Shown here piece after piece: positions 37,431 through 48,630 of a stretch of DNA of 64,000 nt. The notes below the pieces were generated by a model. The model was not told the origin of the DNA. It did no database searches and was given only the letters and a program-made list of their open reading frames with translations. The stretch's first letter is position 1; the number at the start of each line of letters is the position of its first letter. Source of the stretch: a virus (taxonomy: Duplodnaviria; Caudoviricetes). A program made the position numbers and the translations under genes. The stretch covers positions 1 to 64,000 of the IMG/VR virus record IMGVR_UViG_3300021256_000011; one strand, written 5' to 3'.

Positions 37431-39212
37431 ATGGCACGCAGAAAGAAAATAGACCTGGTGGTTGTGACATGTTATGGCACGCAGAAAGTGTGGGAGCGGA
37501 AAGATGCGATTGCGTTCTTCTTGCAGGGTATGAGAGAATGTGACGGTGCTGAGAGAGAACGATACACGGACATTTATATTCAACTCATAGACGGCGCGAA
37601 GGAGGCGTCTGATGAAACAAGGTTACAGTAGTCAAATCTCAAAAGAAGAAATAGCCATGAATACGCTCAAAGACTTTATTGAAAAATACTACACCGGCGA
37701 GCCTTACGAGGTTGCGCTCGGCCACCTGGCGGACTTCCTCCGCGACCTTGATATGATTAACGCTTTCGAGGGCGGCGTCTGGGGGCCGGATGACATTATG
37801 GATAACATCGAAATAGAGAAATAGCCATGAAACTTTCAGAACTCACATACGAATACCTGCAGTCTGTTGGGATGTCCACGGTGTACATGCACTATGACTG
37901 CGAGGACGCGTTGCGACAGGTAAGCAGCGCAGAAGCGCTCGACCTGGTTAAGCAAGAACTTTCCGCCAAATACGGCGATGTAGACCTAATAATCAATCCT
38001 AAAGCGGCCTGGTTCGACCAGATTAAGATTGACGACGAGAAATGGCAGGCAGACTACGAGTCTTTCTGCAAAAAGAAGGCAGCATGGTGTGCGCAATATG
38101 GATGTGACTAATATGAAAATCTGCGTCATCAAACACTACAAAGACATTGACCAAAGACTACTTGCCTTATGACACCCTCTCTCCTCCAAGCCATCTCCGC
38201 CACGCCGGACTTACTACCAACCTGCGCTCACTACGCAGAACTTCTACAGGCCGCTCACGAAAGAACCGGCATCTCCTATGACAAACTCCGCGAACACGGA
38301 GGCGAGTTCACTTACGCCCAGTGGGCAAAATTCCTTGAAAAATGAAACACAAAGACTTCATCCAGCACTTCATCAATGTCAAAGACGAATTTGACGGCGA
38401 CTGCTATATCATCTGGCTCCCCGCTTTTCCCGGCGGAGGCGTATTTAACAATGTGCTCCCGGGTACGAGGACGGATATCCTCGCCGCGTTCATGAACATC
38501 AATGACGGAAATCGCCTTACATTCCTGACAAGCAGCCCGGATGATCGCGAACAGTATTTTGCCGACCTTGGTGAACTCCCGGCCGGAGTACAGAAAAAAC
38601 TCATTACCTACATTAAAAACCTTTAGACTATGTTTTACCAGACACCTCAATTCATGGCAGAGCTGCTCGAGAAAGTGCAGGTCCTGCAGCTCGCCGTCAT
38701 CCGTAAAAATGACGGTCATTCCCTCCACATTGACACCAACTCCCACAATGACTATTTCTACGGGACAGGCTTCCACGCCGGCTTTGATGTCACTCTCTTC
38801 GACGGCTCGAACCTCGTCGAGTCCTGGGACTTCATGAGCAATCATGACGCCGACGAACTCAACCACATTCTTGAAGACCTCACATTCAAAATTAGCCGCC
38901 TGTAGCCATGGTATTCATCATCGTTTATCTGCTTTGCGCAGTCTCATTCATCCCGGAACTGTTTAACGAAAAACGCTAAGAAAAATGAAAACAAAAGAAG
39001 AACTCTACGACCTTTTCATGGCCAACGCATCCCTGGCAGACTGGGATGAATATGACCTCGTGGATCCTCCATACTGCGCGTCCGCGAGTATTTATCTCGA
39101 AGTGGACGGATACATATTCGAAGGAGACGGTATGATAACCTACCCGGACGACAAGGAAATCCTGGAACTTGAGTGCACCACGCCGGAGGGAGAAACAATT
39201 TCAATCATCTAA
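37431..39212 (+). other. run of small early hypothetical ORFs (37431-37631, 37657-37824, 37827-38111, 38342-38626, 38630-38905, 38985-39212)
   Basis: Coupled plus-strand ORFs, several joined by TAGCCATG. Confidence 0.6.
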
Positions 39213-39286
39213 GACTATGTTTTTCATCATTATGCTTTTGGCTTACGCCGATGATATGTTGGCCCGCCGCGACTAAACTTAATTCT

Positions 39287-40045
39287 ATGGTTTACAGTTA
39301 TATACGATTCTCGACAACGAAGCAGGACGATGTCCAGCAGCAGCAAGCAATTAAGGAATGGGCGCAGCCGAGAGGCATCGTTATTGACGAGTTCGTCTCG
39401 GACGAGGGTGTCTCCGGAGGCGTCTCATACAAGGACAGGAACCTTTACAAACTCGTTCGAAAACTGAAGGCCGGAGACACCTTGATTGTGTCGGAAATCT
39501 CCCGTTTGGGCAGATCTATGTCTGACCTTAACCTTCTCATCACCCAGGAACTGAAACCTCGCAAGGTGCGCCTCGTCTGCATCAAACTCAACCTGGATCT
39601 GGACTGCGCAAACATTAAGGCTATCGACGAGATGCTCCTTTTCGCATTCTCCTTTGCGGCGCAACTGGAAAAGGAGCTCATACAAGCCAGAACCCAGTCC
39701 GCCATCGACGCCCGCAAGGAAGCTATCAAGAAGGACGGCGGCTTTATGTCAAAGTCCGGCAACTGGTGCAAGAAGCTCGGCAACAAGAAGGGCGTAGACA
39801 TGGCGCCCGCTCAGCAATCCTCCATCCTGGCCCGGCACAACAAGGCCCAAGGCTGGCGAGAAAGCTCTGCGCTGTATCGCCTGGTAGAGAGGGGCATCTT
39901 CAAGGGATGGACCCGTCAGCGCATCATGGAGGAGGCCATCAAGAAATACGACGAGGAGCCGGATGTCTATTGCACGAGGCAAGGTAAGCCGCTCTGCGAG
40001 GGGACATTGTCTCGCTGGGCAAAAGAAATTCAAATCGGTATTTAG
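39287..40045 (+). CDS. serine recombinase (resolvase/invertase family)
   Basis: YSYIRFST with catalytic Ser, DEGVSG, LIVSEISRLGRS, EKELIQART; start reset to MVYSYIR. Confidence 0.9.
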   Translation: MVYSYIRFSTTKQDDVQQQQAIKEWAQPRGIVIDEFVSDEGVSGGVSYKDRNLYKLVRKLKAGDTLIVSEISRLGRSMSDLNLLITQELKPRKVRLVCIKLNLDLDCANIKAIDEMLLFAFSFAAQLEKELIQARTQSAIDARKEAIKKDGGFMSKSGNWCKKLGNKKGVDMAPAQQSSILARHNKAQGWRESSALYRLVERGIFKGWTRQRIMEEAIKKYDEEPDVYCTRQGKPLCEGTLSRWAKEIQIGI

Positions 40046-40055
40046 CCAATGATAT

Positions 40056-40418
40056 TTGGCATGTAATTTGCAAGCACACGAAGTTATGTTGAAAAAATTT
40101 ATGGTAAATGTCCACCTCGATGGACACTACACAATAGAAGACCCCAGGTGCCCGTGGGGGTGGCACGGATCCGGCTGCTATGATATAGACATCCACACAT
40201 GGACCGACTTAGAAGTCGAAGTCTGGGCTGAAACGGAAGACCTCGCCGAGGAATACGCGCTGGACTACGAATATAAAGACATATCCTCGGATGTAGAACT
40301 CGACGCAGTCCAGGTCGAGGCGGTCAAGTTCGTAGAAGACCTGCCAGACCGTGACCCGGAAGAGGCCGGCGTGATTGAGCCGGTTGCATACAACTGGAAA
40401 GAAATTGAAAAAGACTGA
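40056..40418 (+). CDS. acidic hypothetical protein
   Basis: Asp/Glu-rich C-terminal half. Confidence 0.55.
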   Translation: MACNLQAHEVMLKKFMVNVHLDGHYTIEDPRCPWGWHGSGCYDIDIHTWTDLEVEVWAETEDLAEEYALDYEYKDISSDVELDAVQVEAVKFVEDLPDRDPEEAGVIEPVAYNWKEIEKD

Positions 40419-40422
40419 TAAT

Positions 40423-41253
40423 ATGGGAAAGTACGAAGAAGCCCTGGAGAGGGCAAAAGAGTTACATGAAGCCGGCAACGCGCTTACAAAGTCACAAATG
40501 GAGATTGTATTCCCCGAGCTCAAGGAGAGCGAGGATGAGAGGATAAGGAAATGGCTTATAGAAATGGTTGAAGAACTTAGAAAAGCAAATCCAACCAATG
40601 CAGAACATAACGGGAATTGTAGTGAAGCTATTGCCTACCTCGAAAGGCAGAAAGATCAGAAGCCCGTAGAAGGCACTGCACTACAAAAAGCCTTCATTAA
40701 TTCAAAAAGTTATACACTTGAGGAAAAATGCGATGCCTCGGATTATGCAGAAGCCATTCTTCCAACCAGCGTTACCTATGGAGAAAATGAAGAAGAATAT
40801 AAACTCCATAAGATTATTGAGGCAGCTTTTATTGCTGGTCAAAAGAAGGAACAGAAGCCAGCAGAAAAGCAGGACTACTCTGACCTTAATGACTTTGAGA
40901 GAGCCATCCATCGTGGATTCCTTTCTGCCGGAGTTGAGAATGTCCCGGTTGCAATCATCAAAGAAACCGCACAGGAATGTCTTGCACAAATGAAGCCCGC
41001 AGAGTGGAGCGAGGAGGATGAGGATATGAGGGACACAATTATTCGTGATTTAAAGCGTCTTGGTGGTGATATAGTAAACGTTAAGCCAGCTTATAAAGCA
41101 GAAATAGATTGGCTCAAATCCCTCCGTCCCCAGCCTCGCTGGAAGCCGAGCGAGGAACAGATAGAGGCTTTGAAATATACACTCGGTAATGGAGGTTTTT
41201 ATAATAAAAAAGCCCTTGATTCTCTATTATCCGACCTTCAAAAACTACTTTAG
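40423..41253 (+). CDS. Bacteroidales phage 'WSEEDE'-repeat protein
   Basis: KESEDERIRKWLI, KPAEWSEEDE, WLKSLRPQPRWKPSEEQ motifs; start reset to MGKYEEAL. Confidence 0.65.
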   Translation: MGKYEEALERAKELHEAGNALTKSQMEIVFPELKESEDERIRKWLIEMVEELRKANPTNAEHNGNCSEAIAYLERQKDQKPVEGTALQKAFINSKSYTLEEKCDASDYAEAILPTSVTYGENEEEYKLHKIIEAAFIAGQKKEQKPAEKQDYSDLNDFERAIHRGFLSAGVENVPVAIIKETAQECLAQMKPAEWSEEDEDMRDTIIRDLKRLGGDIVNVKPAYKAEIDWLKSLRPQPRWKPSEEQIEALKYTLGNGGFYNKKALDSLLSDLQKLL

Positions 41254-41255
41254 CC

Positions 41256-44200
41256 ATGAAATACATTGACGCAGAAAAACTGACAAAGTTTGAAGAAATA
41301 CTTGCTGATATAATCGTAAGTTCGCAAGGATTATGTACTTACGAGGCTTGTAAGGATATGGCGAAAAGAGAAGCACCATTCCTCATCACCTCTCTCCAGC
41401 AGGAGCAGCTGGAGGTGGATTTAGAGAAAGAACTACACACCTACATCTGTTCAGATGAATACATGAACACCCGCGGGAATGGTTCTTTACTTATTGCTCG
41501 CCATTTCTATGAACTTGGGCTTAACGCAAGAAAGTAATGACTGAATTTGAGCGAAACGCAAGGTATTCTTATGACGAGAAACTTGCATACTTGAAGCAAT
41601 CACATGATTCCCAGCACCTGCAAACAATGTCTTATGGGGGCTATGATGTTATTATGCTGTCGGGGTTGGGGAAAGGGTTGAGATTCTTTTTCTACAAAGG
41701 TGGGCGTCTTATTAAAATGCGTGATAAAGTCTGGAAAGACAATATCCGACAATATGCACAAACATATATCGACCAAGTTCTTAACGCAAGAAGGGAGGAA
41801 AGCAAATGAACGCACCAGATAAGATTTATTTGCAAGTGTGTGGGGATTGTCCAAAGGTTGATTGTAAGAACTGCAAATTTGAGGATTTGGAGGACAATGT
41901 AACTTGGTGTAAAGACCGAATCTTTGACCTGGATGTAGAATACATCCGCAAGGACGCGCTGCTGGAGTGGGCAAAAAACCTAAAAGACCGATGGGAAGAA
42001 CCGCCAATGTCTAAACATTCTCCAGGGTGTGTTTTTATGTTGGAGCAAGTCATCAAAAAAATTGAATCGCTATGAACTGGAAAAAATTTTTTAAAGCCTG
42101 GCTAAAAGTATTAATACAATTTGGCTTGGTTTCTTTAGTAATGTGGTTTATTAAATGCGTCATACTAAAAACATCATTAGAGTTTACAGAACCTGCGCTT
42201 GCATATTTACTCGCAGAAGCTGCTGAAAAATATTACGATAAAAGTTAGAATCACATGACACAGGAAGAAACAATATCAAACCTCAAAGCCTATCTTGACG
42301 GAGATACGGCTATCGGCAACATCATTCCTCTGCGTTCAGTTTTGGAGTCTGCAATTAAGTATCTTGAGCCCTCCCTTCCATCCAATCTGAACGAAGCAGC
42401 AATGCAATTTGCAAAAAGAACATATTCACCATTTGATGACCCGTATGAAGTTTCCAAGGCTTTTGAAAATGATTTTAATTGCTTCAAAGCCGGAGCCGAG
42501 TGGATGGCGGGGCAAGAATGGATTGATGATGGAAGTATGCCTCCCGAAACGAAACAAGAGAGTGATACCCTACAAGGCCACAAAGAATGGACTGAAAGCG
42601 AGCCAGTCCTTGCATGGGATTCTATATATAGGTGTCGTGTAGATTGGACGAGGAACGGCAAATGGGTGTCGGAACAAACGGGTGGATATACCGGACAGGT
42701 TTGCCACGGGATTATTGCTTGGAGGCCGATACCAAAATATAATGAGAAACATTAATTCGGCGAAAGCCTAAAAGAGAAAGAAGATGAAATTTCAACTGAA
42801 TATAGAAGTTGACGAAACCGAAACTAATCTCTCTCAAAAGGAGATAGTGAATTACGTCATTGATTCGCTCGCCGAAAGCTTAGAAAAGACTGGCGCTTAC
42901 TTTGATGTCGGAGTAGCGATTGATTCAATTATGAGTGGACTTACAAATTAGAATAGTTATGGCAAAGATACCTTTTGACATAAAGTACAGGCCGCAGATT
43001 GAAAGCGGGGAATATAAGCTGGAAACTAAAGATGGAAGACAAGTTCGTGTTGTGTGTTGGGATGTGAAGAATTCATATTCAAAAGTACACGATGATATAT
43101 TAGCTCTTGTCAAATCAAAAGGCGGGACAGAAAATGCTTTATTCTATGCACAAAATGGCTATTGCTTGTCTGATTCCTCAAGAGTTGGAAGAAAAGACCT
43201 TTTCATTGTCACGCCGGAGCCGGAACTGAGCAAGTTTGATGATTGTGTACGGAGATTGATTGATATGGCGCACAGCCTTGGAAAAGACCATTCATATAAC
43301 ACGGATAAAGATGCACTTTTTGAACGCTACTCCGCTGAACTCCTTTCCCTTGCTCGCGAACAGTTTGTCAAGGACTTGCCGAGGTGGAAGAAAAAAGAAG
43401 ATAGTATTGGTTATTATTGTAGTTGTGGTTTTCTTGTTTCAGATGGTTATGAAATATCAATATCTGAATTAAGAAAAAAACTTCCCGGATTTAAGGAGGA
43501 TTAAGTATGAAAAAGATAATAACAGTTTTTATTACATTACTCTGCTTATTGTCTTGCAAAGAATCAACTAAAGAAAGTCATAGGTATCTCGTAGAAGAAA
43601 AAATAACAACTCTGGGAGGTAACTATAGAATATTTCTTTCTGATCTTGATGATCGTCATTTATGTTCAATTGTCGTTGGAAAATATACATATGAACATAC
43701 AAATCCAGGAGATACTTTAATTATTAAATATGAGTAAAAGAGCAGAAGAATATGCTAATAAGCAATTTCCGTATAAAATAAAAAAAGTTGGTTGGCTTCA
43801 ACAGAATGAAGATGTCAACGCTACTTCCCGTCTGATTGCACAAGAGGCTTATGAGCAGGCAGAAAAAGATACGATTAAAAAAGTAGCAGAATATCTTGTT
43901 CGACATCTTGGAGAATTGTCGCAAAACCCTGATATAAAATATGCTTTTGTTAAGCAATTTAGAGCATCAATGGAGGAAAAATAATGTTTGAGAGAATAAA
44001 AGATATAATCTACAAAATTAAGGATTACGATAGGCTGGAGAACGATTACTCTGTTTTATTGTGTCATGTCACAGATGGTAGATTAAGCAAAACCACTTAC
44101 GACATTGACCGTCTTTTAACCGTAGTTAATGATATCCTTTATGAGCGGGATGAAGAAACGTACAAGGAATGCAAAAAAGACCTTGCGCTGACGTGGGAGG

Positions 44201-45281
44201 ATGTAAAAAAGATAGAAGATTTATGTATGGAAATCGCGACACTTTTTGCATCGGTAGGAAGAAACAAAGTTATTCTTGAGCCGCCGTTCTATAAGGAAGT
44301 TGCACGGAGATTTAACGAACAGAAAAAGAAATGAAAGCAAGAGAAAAAAATACTGGTAAAGAGATAACGATTCTTGGCATTTCAAAAGAATGGGGTACAG
44401 CAACCTATATCGAAGAAGGAATATTGCGCCAAAAGAATCTTTCTGGAGAATGGGAAATAATTGACGAGTCCGAATTTGTCGACTGGCAAGCATTCCGCAG
44501 AGAAGCGGCGAAGAATATACTGTGCGCGATGATTGAGGCGAGGAGGCCAGTAACATTTCAGCCTGTTCTCATAGAGAATGCTTTAATGTACACGAACGCA
44601 TTAATCGAACAACTCAAACAAGAATAATATGGCGAATCTATTTCTTATTATTTTTATTAGCGCATTCGTGGCGCTGGTTATATTCTACCAGGCCCTGCGC
44701 ATCAGCTCCCTGAAACAAGAGGTTGAGCACCAAAGGAAAATCGCAGAAACGACCCAGGACATTTTCGATGGGTTTCGGGCCCGCTGCATCAAGGAAGAGT
44801 ACGGATACACTGTGTTTCGTGCCCAAACTGCAGAAAACACCCCGGACCGAATCGAAAGCATAAAACCCCAACTTGCCGATAGGTTAAGTAAGGAACTGCT
44901 TCAGAATTTTGAGCCCTCTGTCGACAGATCAGTCAGCGGTGGGAAGATTTATAGTCTTACGATAAAAGCCAAGAAGATATGATTGCTACAACAATAGCGC
45001 AGTCACAACGGCTGCTTAAGGCCAGAATTTCCAGGGCCACTGCGGATATGATGTGGGTCCCCGTCAACACCCATAAGGGCGTTGTCGATGCACTCTATGT
45101 CGGGTCCGCCACGCCCAACGGGCTGCCGGCATGGTCACTGTCTGCACTGTGGGATGTCTTCTACAACATGGATAAGACCTATGAATTTCCCACAAACCTG
45201 TCTAGCGACGAACTTATAGAAAACTTAGTAAATATCATCATTTCAAGAACAGAATACAATGGACTACGGAAAAGCATTTAA
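41256..45281 (+). other. AT-rich run of accessory hypothetical ORFs (41256-41537, 41537-41809, 41806-42075, 42255-42755, 42935-43504, 43507-43737, 43730-43984, 43984-44334, 44331-44627, 44629-44982, 44979-45281)
   Basis: Contiguous coupled plus-strand ORFs; 43507-43737 has a lipoprotein-like signal (LCLLSC). Confidence 0.6.
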
Positions 45282-45480
45282 AGAGTGCCGGGAGGAAATG
45301 GGAATAACCCGGGAGAAAGCCTCAGAAATGACAGGCTTCTCACTTCCAACATTTTCGAAAATAGAGCGAGGCAAGACAATTCCCAAGCAATCTACGATTG
45401 AAACATTTTGCAAGAAGATAGGAGTCCCTGTCGCCAGGTTCTTCTATTACGCGATGGAGCCTCAAGACTTCCGGCTATAG
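45259..45480 (+). CDS. XRE-family HTH transcription regulator
   Basis: FKECREEMGITREKASEMTGFSLPTFSKIERGKTIP. Confidence 0.85.
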   Translation: MDYGKAFKECREEMGITREKASEMTGFSLPTFSKIERGKTIPKQSTIETFCKKIGVPVARFFYYAMEPQDFRL

Positions 45481-45487
45481 AATAAAG

Positions 45488-45530
45488 AAAGCTCCTCGAA
45501 GGAAAACCGCAATAACCCTCGAGGAGCTTT
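45488..45530. terminator. bidirectional terminator between convergent operons
   Basis: AAAGCTCCTCGA...TCGAGGAGCTTT 12-bp inverted repeat flanked by A/T tracts. Confidence 0.75.
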
Positions 45531-45553
45531 TGCCGACCGAGCGCAACTTGCCG

Positions 45554-46006
45554 CTACTCGTGCCGGCTATTACAGTGCGGGCATGAGAGCTCGCAGACGA
45601 CGTAAGAGATGTCGTGAGATATATCTCCCATAAGGTAGGCCAGTTCTTCGCTGTACGGGTCTATCCCGTCCTCTTCTGCGATGTGCATCGCGACATGAGC
45701 TATCTCGTGGATCGTCGTATTGAGGAATTCCGGGCCGGATATAGTTTCACTGACGGCGACTACGCTCCTGCGCAGTTTTGGATTACTAAAGCAGAATCCC
45801 TCATTAAAGTTTCCGGAACTGACGCTTTTAGACGCCTGTCGAATGATAGAAGCGGGAGCGTCGGCCCAGAGAAGGGCGTCCTTAATAATCCCTTTATCAT
45901 AGGCATCGAAGGAAAAGTAGAAAGCAATCTGCCAGTCCCGGATATGAATCTTGCGGATGGTCATTTTACAGAAGGTCTTCCCAGGGGATAGAAATGCCCT
46001 TTGCAC
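45554..46006 (-). CDS. HExxH metallopeptidase-like protein
   Basis: NTTIHEIAHVAMH...EELAYL zincin signature. Confidence 0.6.
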   Translation of the reverse strand: MQRAFLSPGKTFCKMTIRKIHIRDWQIAFYFSFDAYDKGIIKDALLWADAPASIIRQASKSVSSGNFNEGFCFSNPKLRRSVVAVSETISGPEFLNTTIHEIAHVAMHIAEEDGIDPYSEELAYLMGDISHDISYVVCELSCPHCNSRHE

Positions 46007-46367
46007 TCATCTTGGCAAGGAACTCGTCGAATGCCATTGTCTCGTAGCCATCCTTGTCCGTAAAGAACTCTTTCACGGCCATAGCGAGATGTGCCTCATC
46101 CGGGATGGATCCACCCATAGAATCCGACTTCTTGCGCAAAAATACGAAGGGGATGTCATAGCCGGCCTCAGGAAGGTCGGTCACCCCGTTTCGCTTCAGA
46201 ATGTCCATCACCTGGTCCTTCTCCATAAACTCCACCTTGTTCCCGTTGCGGTCTTTCATCATCGAAACGGCCCAGCGATACATCGGCTTGGAGAAGTGGA
46301 AACCATTAAAAGAGAGATATCTCCGCATTCCTTCCGGAATGTCGTCGTAATAGTCTAGCCTGTTCAT
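45966..46367 (-). CDS. conserved helical hypothetical protein
   Basis: YLSFNGFHFSK.MYRWA... member of the Gly-rich-protein operon. Confidence 0.65.
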   Translation of the reverse strand: MNRLDYYDDIPEGMRRYLSFNGFHFSKPMYRWAVSMMKDRNGNKVEFMEKDQVMDILKRNGVTDLPEAGYDIPFVFLRKKSDSMGGSIPDEAHLAMAVKEFFTDKDGYETMAFDEFLAKMSAKGISIPWEDLL

Positions 46368-46409
46368 TTCTTTGCGTTTTTAAGGGGCGAGTTTCCCCGC
46401 CCCGTTGTT

Positions 46410-46658
46410 TTACATAAAGCGCCCCATGCGGTCGCGACGACGGCGTTCGCCGTACATATCGTCGTCATCCCAGTCACGCCGGCCATAGTCGCCGCGCATG
46501 CCGTAACGGTCACCGTAGTTTCCGCGCTCTCCGTAACGGTCGCGCATTTCTTCGGCCAGCTCACAAACGCGAGCCATGCCTTCCTTTGCCATTTCAAGAG
46601 CCTCGTCAAACTCGTGACTTTCGCTCCTGCCTCGGAAGCTAATTACTCTGTAAGACAT
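46410..46658 (-). CDS. Arg/Gly/Tyr/Asp low-complexity protein
   Basis: RYGERGNYGDRYGMRGDYGRR...RRRRDRMGRFM. Confidence 0.65.
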   Translation of the reverse strand: MSYRVISFRGRSESHEFDEALEMAKEGMARVCELAEEMRDRYGERGNYGDRYGMRGDYGRRDWDDDDMYGERRRRDRMGRFM

Positions 46659-46661
46659 CTT

Positions 46662-47177
46662 TTATTCCTCCTTGGGTTTCTTGCCAAGGGACTTTGACAG
46701 AAGTCCCGTCATGGCCGCAATCTGTTCACTCATACCCGCTATTTGCTCTTCCAGCTTGGCAATCTTTCCGGCCTGCTCCTGCTCATGTTTAAGCTGGGGA
46801 TTGAGGTCCAGGAGGAGCTGGTCACATGTGGCGATAATCCTCTTGTGAAGGTCCACCTGATCAATGGCCATCTGGCTTGCATTCTTAATCGCTCCGATCT
46901 CGTTGACCAGGCCCTCCCTTGTCTCGCTCAGGATAATTCCCTTGTCCGGGAATTCCGCAATAGAGGAAGAAATTGGTATTCGAGGGAAGTTTTCGGTCTT
47001 TCCATCGACCTCGACAAGGAGGTCGACCATCATACCCTGCGTCGGGTTGAGGGCTTGCTGAAGGTTAAACTGCGGCGGGTATTGGTTACTGACTTGTGCG
47101 ACCTTTCCTACCGCGAATCGCGGTTCGTTCTTATAAAGAACATACACGGGAGTATTCTGTCTAAGTCCACTTAACAT
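46662..47177 (-). CDS. hypothetical protein with C-terminal coiled coil
   Basis: 171 aa, operonic. Confidence 0.65.
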   Translation of the reverse strand: MLSGLRQNTPVYVLYKNEPRFAVGKVAQVSNQYPPQFNLQQALNPTQGMMVDLLVEVDGKTENFPRIPISSSIAEFPDKGIILSETREGLVNEIGAIKNASQMAIDQVDLHKRIIATCDQLLLDLNPQLKHEQEQAGKIAKLEEQIAGMSEQIAAMTGLLSKSLGKKPKEE

Positions 47178-47196
47178 AGGTTAAACTTTTTGATAA

Positions 47197-47532
47197 TTAA
47201 ACGATTGGTGATACTACCTGGAGGATGCCATTGAACCAGTCGTAGAAGACGGTAATGACGCCTGCTCCAGTTAGATCGGCGGCGGTAACTGCTACCCCGC
47301 CAAACGAGGTCAGCGCACGGGTCTGCCCATTGAGGGTGAACCGGACCGGAAGGGTGCCGGTCGTACCTGTAGGAATCGCCTCAGCGATGCGAATCGTAAG
47401 GTAACCGACGCGGGGAATAGCCCTGAAGCCCAGGGTAAAATCCACCGCGTCAGTCCCTACGGTCACACCGGTTGTGGTGAAGTAGGGCACTCCACGTGTA
47501 TTGGTCGTTGCTATGCAAACACAATTACACAT
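47197..47532 (-). CDS. small beta-rich protein (MCNC N-terminus)
   Basis: Thr/Gly/Val-rich, probable beta-sandwich. Confidence 0.6.
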   Translation of the reverse strand: MCNCVCIATTNTRGVPYFTTTGVTVGTDAVDFTLGFRAIPRVGYLTIRIAEAIPTGTTGTLPVRFTLNGQTRALTSFGGVAVTAADLTGAGVITVFYDWFNGILQVVSPIV

Positions 47533-47544
47533 GGCTCATCCCTC

Positions 47545-48510
47545 CTAGAAAACAAGTCCGTTTCCGCCATAGCCCCAACCCGGGCCATAATAAGCCCCGT
47601 TGCCATAGCCTCCCTGATAGAAGCCACCTGCCACATAGGGCGTGGAATTCACGGCGACCAGGTTCGGATACTGCACGCTGACGGTGCTCGGCTGCTTGCA
47701 CTTAATGTCGTCGACCTCCTTTGCAAGAGAAGCGAGAGCGGCGTTCACGGGAGCGACGGCCTGCTGTACGATACCTGCAGTGAAGTTCTGGGACTCAAGC
47801 TTGGCGACCTTGGCGGTGAGAGAGGTGATTTCACGATCCTTCCTGCTGGACTCAAGAGCGTCGATCTTGTTGTCGAGAGCGAGGTAGTTCCGGTTCATCG
47901 TGTCCGTCAGTGCGTAAGTCTGCTGGCACATCGCAAGCTGGTCTGCGGCAGACTTGGCCTCGATGGCGGTGCGGACACCAGCGATGTCGCTCTGGATGGC
48001 GTTGGTCTGCTGACAGATGGCAAGCTGATTGTCGCAGCAGCACTTCTGGAATGCGCTGATGATGCTGGCGTCACCGGAAGCAATGGAGTTCATGATTTGA
48101 GGAACGGAGACAGCCTGCTGCAGAGCCAGGGAGCTCAGGGCGTTCTGGACGTTCATGACGGCTGCGTTGACCAGGTTGAAGTCCTGGCCGAGCATGTTGG
48201 ACAGGTTGGAGATGGCGGTACGGGAAGCCTCGCCCTGGGACGTTACGGCGTTCATGATGAGCTCGCGTCCGCTGTCGTTGTTGAGCTGGTTGGAGAGAAA
48301 GCCAGCGGCGCCGGCGCCTCCACCGAAATTGCCACCCGCCCAGTTGCCGCCGTTCCAGCCAAACATGGACGCAATGATTGCGAGACCGAAGAGGTCTGCG
48401 ATGCTGTTGAAGGAGCCGAATCCACTACCGAATCCGCCTCCGTAGACCGGGTAACCATAGCCAGGATGGCTGTTATCCGGAAGGATAATTGTGCTACGAT
48501 CGTCTGCCAT
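47545..48510 (-). CDS. Gly-rich hydrophobic protein with a CCC motif and coiled coil
   Basis: GGGFGSGFG..LFGLAIIASMFGWNGG, FQKCCCDNQLAICQQ, aromatic/Gly C-terminus; strongly biased codons. Confidence 0.75.
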   Translation of the reverse strand: MADDRSTIILPDNSHPGYGYPVYGGGFGSGFGSFNSIADLFGLAIIASMFGWNGGNWAGGNFGGGAGAAGFLSNQLNNDSGRELIMNAVTSQGEASRTAISNLSNMLGQDFNLVNAAVMNVQNALSSLALQQAVSVPQIMNSIASGDASIISAFQKCCCDNQLAICQQTNAIQSDIAGVRTAIEAKSAADQLAMCQQTYALTDTMNRNYLALDNKIDALESSRKDREITSLTAKVAKLESQNFTAGIVQQAVAPVNAALASLAKEVDDIKCKQPSTVSVQYPNLVAVNSTPYVAGGFYQGGYGNGAYYGPGWGYGGNGLVF

Positions 48511-48580
48511 ATAGCATTAAGATTAAAGGTTAGATATTTCCGTAGCAGTGTTTCTGCTACCGAATGCAAAGTTGACGAAA

Positions 48581-48608
48581 AAGCCCACCCCTTTGAAGGG
48601 ATGGGCAA
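48581..48608 (-). terminator. intrinsic terminator ending the lysis-side transcript
   Basis: Minus strand GCCCATCCCTT-CA-AAGGGGTGGGC followed by TTTTT. Confidence 0.65.
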
Positions 48609-48630
48609 GAAAAAGATATGAGCCTGATTA

